DNA of 64,000 nt from Eledone cirrhosa (lineage: Eukaryota): contig CAXHJY010001738.1 of the NCBI GenBank assembly GCA_964016885.1, positions 310,001 through 374,000 on the forward strand, written 5' to 3'. The translations under genes were made by a program, and so were the position numbers. Of the stretch, positions 52,901 to 62,800 are shown piece after piece. The notes beneath the pieces were generated by a model. That model saw only the letters and a program-made list of their open reading frames with translations, searched no databases and was not told the origin of the DNA. The number at the start of each line of letters is the position of its first letter. Position 1 is the first letter of the stretch.

Positions 52901-53870
52901 GTCCAGGGTTTGCGGGAGGTGGTGTCCGGGTTTGCAGACGGTGGTGCCATGGTTTGCAGACGGTGGTGTCAGGGTTTGCGGGAGGTTGTGTCCGGGTTTG
53001 CAGACGGTGGTGCCAGGGTTTTCAGACGGTGGTGCCAGGGTTTGCAGACGGTGGTTCCAGGGTTTGCGGGAGGTGGTGTCAGGGTTTGCAGACGGTGGTG
53101 CCATGGTTTGCAGACGGTGGTGTCAGGGTTTGCGGGAGGTGGTGTCAGGGTTTGCAGACGGTGGTGTCCGGGTTTGCAGACGGTGGTGCACGGGTTTGCA
53201 GACGGTGGTGTCCGGGTTTGCAGACGGTGGTGCCAGGGTTTGCGGGAGGTGGTGTCCGGGTTTGAAGATGGTGGTGTCCGGGTTTGCAGACGGTGGTGCC
53301 AGGGTTTGCGGGAGGTGGTGTCAGGGTTTGCATACGGTGGTGCCCCTGTTTGCAGACGGTGGTGCCAGGGCTTGCAGACGGTGGTGCCAGGGTTTGCAGA
53401 CGGTGGTGCCAGGGTTTGCAGACGGTGGTGCCCGTGTTTGCAGACGGTGGTGCCAGGGTTTGCGGGAGGTGGTGTCAGGGTTTGCAAACGGTGGTGCACG
53501 GGTTTGCAGACGGTGGTGCAAGGGTTTGCGGGAGGTGGTGTCAGGGTTTGCAGACGGTGGTGCACGGGTTTGCAGACGATGGTGCAAGGGTTTGCGGGAG
53601 GTGGTGTCAGGGTTTGCAGACGGTGGTGCACGGGTTTGCGGGAGGTGGTGTCAGGGTTTGCGGGTGATGGTGCCCGGGTTTGCAGACGGTGGTGCCCGGG
53701 TTTGCAGACGGTGGTGCCCGGGTTTGCAGACGGTGGTGCCAGGGTTTGCAGGAGGTGGTGTCAGGGTTTGCAGACGGTGGTGCACGGGTTTGCAGACGGT
53801 GGTGCAAGGGTTTGCGGGAGGTGGTGTCAGGGTTTGCGGGTGATGGTGCCCGGGTTTGCAGACGGTGGTG
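43990..53870 (+). repeat. Tandem duplication of a 4,952-bp block (225 monomers + 2 bp), each copy holding an internal ~2-kb repeat
   Basis: ORF pairs 44253/49205, 44656/49608, 45800/50752, 46461/51413. The offset later shifts to 4996 (+2 units) and 4930 (-3 units). Internal offsets are 1959 (45800/47759) and 2003 (50752/52755). Each copy has two +1 junctions. Confidence 0.92.
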
Positions 53871-56800
53871 CCCGGGTTTGCAGACGGTGGTGCCCGGGTT
53901 TGCAGACGGTGGTGCCAGGGTTTGCAGACGGTGGTGCCAGGGTTTTTAGATGCTGGTGCCAGGGTTTGCAGACGGTTGTGTCCGGGTTTGCAGACGGTGG
54001 TTTCCGGGTTTGCAGACGGTGGTGTCCGGGTTTGCAGACGGTGGTGTCCGGGTTTGTAGACGGTGGTGCCAGATTCTGCAGACGGTGGTGCCCGGGTTTG
54101 CAGACGGTGGTGCCAGGGTTTGCAGACGGTGGTGCCAGGGTTTGCAGACGGTGGTGCCAGGGTTCGCGGACGCTGGTGCCAGGGTTTGCAGACGGTGGTG
54201 TCCGGGTTTGCAGACGGTGGTGCCAGGGTTCGCAGACGCTGGTGCCAGTGTTTGCAGACGGTGGTGCCAGGGTTCGAGGACGCTGGTGCCAGGGTTTGCA
54301 GACGGTGGTGCCCGGGTTTGCAGACGGTGGTGTCAGGGTTTGCAGACGGTGGTGTCCGGGTTTGCAGACGGTGGTGTCCGGGTTTGCAGACGGTGGTGCC
54401 AGGGTTTGCGGACGGTGGTGCCAGGGTTTGCGGGAGGTGGTGTCCAGGTTTGCAGACGGTGGTGTCCAGTTTTGCAGACGGTGGTGCCCGGGTTTGCAGA
54501 CGGTGGTGCGAGGGTTTGCAGACGGTGGTGTCCAGGTTTGCAGACGGTGGTGTCCGGGTTTGCAGACGGTGGTGTCCGGGATTGCGGACGGTGGTGCCAG
54601 GGTTTGCGGGAGGTGGTGTCCAGGTTTGCAGACGGTGGTGTCCGGTTTTGCAGACGGTGGTGCCCGGGTTTGCAGACGGTGGTGCGAGGGTTTGCAGACG
54701 GTAGTGTCCAGGTTTGCAGACGGTGGTGTCCGGATTTGCAGACGGTGGTGTCCGGGATTGCAGACGGTGGTGCCAGGTTTTGCGGGAGGTGGTGTCAGGG
54801 TTTGCGGGAGATGGTGCCCGGGTTTGCAGACGGTGGTGCCCGGGTTTGCGGGAGGTGGTGTCCAGGGTTTGCGGGAGGTGGTGTCCGGGTTTGCAGACGG
54901 TGGTGCCATGGTTTGCAGACGGTGGTGTCAGGGTTTGCGGGAGGTTGTGTCCGGGTTTGCAGACGGTGGTGCCAGGGTTTTCAGACGGTGGTGCCAGGGT
55001 TTGCAGACGGTGGTTCCAGGGTTTGCGGGAGGTGGTGTCAGGGTTTGCAGACGGTGGTGCCATGGTTTGCAGACGGTGGTGTCAGGGTTTGCGGGAGGTG
55101 GTGTCAGGGTTTGCAGACGGTGGTGTCCGGGTTTGCAGACGGTGGTGCACGGGTTTGCAGACGGTGGTGTCCGGGTTTGCAGACGGTGGTGCCAGGGTTT
55201 GCGGGAGGTGGTGTCCGGGTTTGAAGATGGTGGTGTCCGGGTTTGCAGACGGTGGTGCCAGGGTTTGCGGGAGGTGGTGTCAGGGTTTGCATACGGTGGT
55301 GCCCCTGTTTGCAGACGGTGGTGCCAGGGCTTGCAGACGGTGGTGCCAGGGTTTGCAGACGGTGGTGCCAGGGTTTGCTGACGGTGGTACAAGGGTTTGC
55401 AGACGGTGGTACCAGGGTTTGCAGACGGTGGTACCAGGGTTTGCAGACGGTGGTGCCCGTGTTTGCAGACGGTGGTGCCAGGGTTTGCGGGAGGTGGTGT
55501 CAGGGTTTGCAAACGGTGGTGCACGGGTTTGCAGACGGTGGTGCAAGGGTTTGCGGGAGGTGGTGTCAGGGTTTGCAGACGGTGGTGCACGGGTTTGCAG
55601 ACGATGGTGCAAGGGTTTGCGGGAGGTGGTGTCAGGGTTTGCAGACGGTGGTGCACGGGTTTGCGGGAGGTGGTGTCAGGGTTTGCGGGTGATGGTGCCC
55701 GGGTTTGCAGACGGTGGTGCCCGGGTTTGCAGACGGTGGTGCCCGGGTTTGCAGACGGTGGTGCCAGGGTTTGCAGGAGGTGGTGTCAGGGTTTGCAGAC
55801 GGTGGTGCACGGGTTTGCAGACGGTGGTGCAAGGGTTTGCGGGAGGTGGTGTCAGGGTTTGCGGGTGATGGTGCCCGGGTTTGCAGACGGTGGTGCCCGG
55901 GTTTGCAGACGGTGGTGCCCGGGTTTGCAGACGGTGGTGTCAGGGTTTGCAGACGGTGGTGCCAGGGTTTGCAGATGCTGGTGCCAGGGTTTGCAGACGG
56001 TTGTGTCCGGGTTTGCAGACGGTGGTTTCCGGGTTTGCAGACGGTGGTGTCCGGGTTTGCAGACGGTGGTGTCCGGGTTTGTAGACGGTGGTGCCAGGGT
56101 CTGCAGACGGTGGTGCCCGGGTTTGCAGACGGTGGTGCCAGGGTTTGAAGACGGTGGTGCCAGGGTTTGCAGACGGTGGTGCCAGGGTTCGCGGACGCTG
56201 GTGCCAGGGTTTGCAGACGGTGGTGTCCGGGTTTGCAGACGGTGGTGCCAGGGTTCGCAGACGCTGGTGCCAGTGTTTGCAGACGGTGGTGCCAGGGTTC
56301 GCGGACGCTGGTGCCAGGGTTTGCAGACGGTGGTGCCCGGGTTTGCAGACGGTGGTGTCAGGGTTTGCAGACGGTGGTGTCCGGGTTTGCAGACGGTGGT
56401 GTCCGGGTTTGCAGACGGTGGTGCCAGGGTTTGCGGACGGTGGTGCCAGGGTTTGCGGGAGGTGGTGTCCAGGTTTGCAGACGGTGGTGTCCAGTTTTGC
56501 AGACGGTGGTGCCCGGGTTTGCAGACGGTGGTGCGAGGGTTTGCAGACGGTGGTGTCCAGGTTTGCAGACGGTGGTGTCCGGGTTTGCAGACGGTGGTGT
56601 CCGGGATTGCAGACGCTGGTGCCAGGTTTTGCGGGAGGTGGTGTCAGGGTTTGCGGGAGATGGTGCCCGGGTTTGCAGACGGTGGTGCCCGGGTTTGCGG
56701 GAGGTGGTGTCCAGGTTTGCAGACGGTGGTGCCCGGATTTGCAGACGGTGGTGCGAGGGTTTGCAGACGGTGGTGTCCAGGTTTGCAGACGGTGGTGTCC

Positions 56801-59800
56801 GGGTTTGCAGACGGTGGTGTCCGGGTTTGCAGACGGTGGTGCCAGGGTTTGCGGGAGGTGGTGTCCGGGTTTGCAAATGGTGGTGTCCGGGTTTGCAGAC
56901 GGTGGTGCCCGGGTTTGCAGACGGTGGTGTCCGGGTTTGCAGACGGTGCTGCCCGGGTTTGCAGACGGTGCTGCCCGGGTTTGCGGGAGATGGTGCCAGG
57001 GTTTGCGGGAGATGGTGCTCGGGTTTGCAGACGGTGGTGTCCGGGTTTGCAGACGGTGGTGTCCGGGTTTGCAGACGGTGGTATCCGGGTTTGCAGACGG
57101 TGCTGCCCGGGTTTGCGGGAGATGGTGCCAGGGTTTGCGGGAGATGGTGCCCGGGTTTGCAGACGGTGGTGTCCGGGTTTGCAGACGGTGGTGTCCGGGT
57201 TTGCAGACGGTGGTGTCCGGGTTTGCAGACGGTGGTGCCAGGGTTTGAGGGAGGTGGTGTCAGGGTTTGCGGGAGATGGTGCCCGGGTTTGCAGAGGGTG
57301 GTGCCCGGGTTTGCAGACGGTGGTGACAGGGTTAGCGGGAGGTGGTGTCAGGGTTTGCGGGAGATGGTGCCCGGGTTTGCAGACGGTGGTGCCCAGGTTT
57401 GCAGACGGTGGTGCCCGGGTTTGCAGACGGTGGTGCCAGGGTTTGCGGGAGGTGGTGTCAGGGTTTGCGGGTGCTGGTGCCAGGGTGTGCAGACGGTGGT
57501 GCCCGGGTTTGCAGACGGTGGTGCCAGGGTTTGCGGGAGGTGGTGCTAGGGTTTGCAGACGGTGGTACCAGGGTTTGCAGACGGTGGTACTAGGGTTTGC
57601 CGAGGGTGGTGTCCGGGTTTGCAGACGGTGGTGCCAGGGTTTGCAGACGGTGGTGTCCGGGTTTGCAGACGGTGGTGCCAGTGTCTGCAGACGGTGGTAC
57701 CAGGGTTTGCAGACGGTGGTGCCAGGGTTTGCAGACGGTGGTGCCAGGGTTTGCACACGGTGGTGTCCGTGTTTGCAGACGGTGGTGTCCGGGTTTGCAG
57801 ACGGTGGTGTCCGGGTTTGCAGACGGTGTTGTCCGGGTTTGCAGACGGTGGTGTCCGGGTTTGCAGACGGTGGTGTACGGGTTTGCAGACGGTGGTGTCC
57901 GGGTTTGCAGACGGTGGTGTCCGGGATTGCAGACGGTGGTGTCCGGGTTTGCAGACGGTGGTGTCCGGGTTTGCAGACGGTGGTGCCAGGGTTTGCAGGC
58001 GGTGGTGCCCGGGTTTGCAGACGGTGGTGCCAGGGTTTGCGGACGGTGGTGCCAGGGTTTGCGGGAGGTGGTGTCCAGGTTTGCAGACGGTGGTGTCCGG
58101 TTTTGCAGACGGTGGTGCCCGGGTTTGCAGACGGTGGTGCGAGGGTTTGCAGACGGTAGTGTCCAGGTTTGCAGACGGTGGTGTCCGGGTTTGCAGACGG
58201 TGGTGTCCGGGATTGCAGACGGTGGTGCCAGGTTTTGCGGGAGGTGGTGTCAGGGTTTGCGGGAGATGGTGCCCGGGTTTGCAGACGGTGGTGCCCGGGT
58301 TTGCGGGAGGTGGTGTCCAGGGTTTGCGGGAGGTGGTGTCCGGGTTTGCAGACGGTGGTGCCATGGTTTGCAGACGGTGGTGTCAGGGTTTGCGGGAGGT
58401 TGTGTCCGGGTTTGCAGACGGTGGTGCCAGGGTTTTCAGACGGTGGTGCCAGGGTTTGCAGACGGTGGTTCCAGGGTTTGCGGGAGGTGGTGTCAGGGTT
58501 TGCAGACGGTGGTGCCATGGTTTGCAGACGGTGGTGTCAGGGTTTGCGGGAGGTGGTGTCAGGGTTTGCAGACGGTGGTGTCCGGGTTTGCAGACGGTGG
58601 TGCACGGGTTTGCAGACGGTGGTGTCCGGGTTTGCAGACGGTGGTGCCAGGGTTTGCGGGAGGTGGTGTCCGGGTTTGAAGATGGTGGTGTCCGGGTTTG
58701 CAGACGGTGGTGCCAGGGTTTGCGGGAGGTGGTGTCAGGGTTTGCATACGGTGGTGCCCCTGTTTGCAGACGGTGGTGCCAGGGCTTGCAGACGGTGGTG
58801 CCAGGGTTTGCAGACGGTGGTACAAGGGTTTGCAGACGGTGGTACCAGGGTTTGCAGACGGTGGTACCAGGGTTTGCAGACGGTGGTGCCCGTGTTTGCA
58901 GACGGTGGTGCCAGGGTTTGCGGGAGGTGGTGTCAGGGTTTGCAAACGGTGGTGCACGGGTTTGCAGACGGTGGTGCAAGGGTTTGCGGGAGGTGGTGTC
59001 AGGGTTTGCAAACGGTGGTGCACGGGTTTGCAGACGGTGGTGCAAGGGTTTGCGGGAGGTGGTGTCAGGGTTTGCAGACGGTGGTGCACGGGTTTGCAGA
59101 CGATGGTGCAAGGGTTTGCGGGAGGTGGTGTCAGGGTTTGCAGACGGTGGTGCACGGGTTTGCGGGAAGTGGTGTCAGGGTTTGCGGGTGATGGTGCCCG
59201 GGTTTGCAGACGGTGGTGCCCGGGTTTGCAGACGGTGGTGCCCGGGTTTGCAGAAGGTGGTGCCAGGGTTTGCGGGAGGTGGTGTCAGGGTTTGCAGACG
59301 GTGGTGCACGGGTTTGCAGACGGTGGTGCAAGGGTTTGCGGGAGGTGGTGTCAGGGTTTGCGGGTGATGGTGCCCGGGTTTGCAGACGGTGGTGCCCGGG
59401 TTTGCAGACGGTGGTGCCCGGGTTTGCAGACGGTGGTGCCAGGGTTTGCAGACGGTGGTGCCAGGGTTTGCAGATGCTGGTGCCAGGGTTTGCAGACGGT
59501 TGTGTCCGGGTTTGCAGACGGTGGTGCCCGGGTTTGCAGACGGTGGTGCCAGTGTTTGCAGACGGTGGTGCCAGGGTTTGCAGACGGTGGTGCCAGGGTT
59601 CGCGGACGCTGGTGCCAGGGTTTGCAGACGGTGGTGTCCGGGTTTGCAGACGGTGGTGCCAGGGTTCGCAGACGCTGGTGCCAGTGTTTGCAGACGGTGG
59701 TGCCAGGGTTCGCGGACGCTGGTGCCAGGGTTTGCAGACGGTGGTGCCCGGGTTTGCAGACGGTGGTGTCAGGGTTTGCAGACGGTGGTGTCCGGGTTTG

Positions 59801-62800
59801 CAGACGGTGGTGTCCGGGTTTGCAGACGGTGGTGCCTGGGTTTGCGGACGGTGGTGCCAGGGTTTGCGGGAGGTGGTGTCCAGGTTTGCAGACGGTGGTG
59901 TCCGGTTTTGCAGACGGTGGTGCCCGGGTTTGCAGACGGTGGTGCGAGGGTTTGCAGACGGTGGTGTCCAGGTTTGCAGACGGTGGTGTCCGGGTTTGCA
60001 GACGGTGGTGTCCGGGATTGCAGACGGTGGTGCCAGGTTTTGCGGGAGGTGATGTCAGGGTTTGCGGGAGATGGTGCCCGGGTTTGCAGACGGTGGTGCC
60101 CGGGTTTGCGGGAGGTGGTGTCCAGGTTTGCAGACGGTGGTGTCCGGGTTTGCAGACGGTGGTGCCCGGATTTGCAGACGGTGGTGCGAGGGTTTGCAGA
60201 CGGTGGTGTCCAGGTTTGCAGACGGTGGTGTCCGGGTTTGCAGACGGTGGTGTCCGGGTTTGCAGACGGTGGTGCCAGGGTTTGCGGGAGGTGGTGTCCG
60301 GGTTTGCAAATGGTGGTGTCCGGGTTTGCAGACGGTGGTGCCCGGGTTTGCAGACGGTGGTGTCCGGGTTTGCAGACGGTGCTGCCCGGGTTTGCAGACG
60401 GTGCTGCCCGGGTTTGCGGGAGATGGTGCCAGGGTTTGCGGGAGATGGTGCTCGGGTTTGCAGACGGTGGTGTCCGGGTTTGCAGACGGTGGTGTCCGGG
60501 TTTGCAGACGGTGGTATCCGGGTTTGCAGACGGTGCTGCCCGGGTTTGCGGGAGATGGTGCCAGGGTTTGCGGGAGATGGTGCCCGGGTTTGCAGACGGT
60601 GGTGTCCGGGTTTGCAGACGGTGGTGTCCGGGTTTGCAGACGGTGGTGTCCGGGTTTGCAGACGGTGGTGCCAGGGTTTGCGGGAGGTGGTGTCAGGGTT
60701 TGCGGGAGATGGTGCCCGGGTTTGCAGAGGGTGGTGCCCGGGTTTGCAGACGGTGGTGACAGGGTTAGCGGGAGGTGGTGTCAGGGTTTGCGGGAGATGG
60801 TGCCCGGGTTTGCAGACGGTGGTGCCCAGGTTTGCAGACGGTGGTGCCCGGGTTTGCAGACGGTGGTGCCAGGGTTTGCGGGAGGTGGTGTCAGGGTTTG
60901 CGGGTGCTGGTGCCAGGGTTTGCAGACGGTGGTGCCCGGGTTTGCAGACGGTGGTGCCAGGGTTTGCGGGAGGTGGTGCTAGGGTTTGCAGACGGTGGTA
61001 CCAGGGTTTGCAGACGGTGGTACTAGGGTTTGCCGAGGGTGGTGTCCGGGTTTGCAGACGGTGGTGCCAGGGTTTGCAGACGGTGGTGTCCGGGTTTGCA
61101 GACGGTGGTGCCAGGGTCTGCAGACGGTGGTACCAGGGTTTGCAGACGGTGGTGCCAGGGTTTGCAGACGGTGGTGCCAGGGTTTGCACACGGTGGTGTC
61201 CGTGTTTGCAGACGGTGGTGTCCGGGTTTGCAGACGGTGGTGTCCGGGTTTGCAGACGGTGTTGTCCGGGTTTGCAGACGGTGGTGTCCGGGTTTGCAGA
61301 CGGTGGTGTACGGGTTTGCAGACGGTGGTGTCCGGGATTGCAGACGGTGGTGTCCGGGTTTGCAGACGGTGGTGTCCGGGTTTGCAGACGGTGGTGCCAG
61401 GGTTTGCAGGCGGTGGTGCCCGGGTTTGCAGACGGTGGTGCCAGGGTTTGCGGACGGTGGTGCCAGGGTTTGCGGGAGGTGGTGTCCAGGTTTGCAGACG
61501 GTGGTGTCCGGTTTTGCAGACGGTGGTGCCCGGGTTTGCAGACGGTGGTGCGAGGGTTTGCAGACGGTAGTGTCCAGGTTTGCAGACGGTGGTGTCCGGG
61601 TTTGCAGACGGTGGTGTCCGGGATTGCAAACGGTGGTGCCAGGTTTTGCGGGAGGTGGTGTCAGGGTTTGCGGGAGATGGTGCCCGGGTTTGCAGACGGT
61701 GGTGCCCGGGTTTGCGGGAGGTGGTGTCCAGGTTTGCAGACGGTGGTGTCCGGGTTTGCAGACGGTGGTGCCCGGATTTGCAGACGGTGGTGCGAGGGTT
61801 TGCAGACGGTGGTGTCCAGGTTTGCAGACGGTGGTGTCCGGGTTTGCAGACGGTGGTGTCCGGGTTTGCAGACGGTGGTGCCAGGGTTTGCGGGAGTTGG
61901 TGTCCGGGTTTGAAAATGGTGGTGTCCGGGTTTGCAGACGGTGGTGCCAGGGTTTGCGGGAGGTGGTGTCAGGGTTTGCATACGGTGGTGCCCCTGTTTG
62001 CAGACGGTGGTGCCAAGGCTTGCAGACGGTGGTGCCAGGGTTTGCAGACGGTGGTGCCAGGGTTTGCTGACGGTGGTACAAGGGTTTGCAGACGGTGGTA
62101 CCAGGGTTTGCAGACGGTGGTACCAGGGTTTGCAGACGGTGGTGCCCGTGTTTGCAGACGGTGGTGCCAGGGTTTGCGGGAGGTGGTGTCAGGGTTTGCA
62201 AACGGTGGTGCACGGGTTTGCAGACGGTGGTGCAAGGGTTTGCGGGAGGTGGTGTCAGGGTTTGCAGACGGTGGTGCACGGGTTTGCAGACGATGGTGCA
62301 AGGGTTTGCGGGAGGTGGTGTCAGGGTTTGCAGACGGTGGTGCACGGCTTTGCGGGAGGTGGTGTCAGGGTTTGCGGGTGATGGTGCCCGGGTTTGCAGA
62401 CGGTGGTGCCCGGGTTTGCAGACGGTGGTGCCCGGGTTTGCAGACGGTGGTGCCAGCGTTTGCGGGAGGTGGTGTCAGGGTTTGCAGACGGTGGTGCACG
62501 GGTTTGCAGACGGTGGTGCAAGGGTTTGCGGGAGGTGGTGTCAGGGTTTGCGGGTGATGGTGCCCGGGTTTGCAGACGGTGGTGCCCGGGTTTGCAGACG
62601 GTGGTGCCCGGGTTTGCAGACGGTGGTGCCAGGGTTTGCAGACGATGGTGCCAGGGTTTGCAGATGCTGGTGCCAGGGTTTGCAGACGGTTGTGTCCGGG
62701 TTTGCAGACGGTGGTTTCCGGGTTTGCAGACGGTGGTGTCCGGGTTTGCAGACGGTGGTGTCCGGGTTTGTAGACGGTGGTGCCAGGGTCTGCAGACGGT

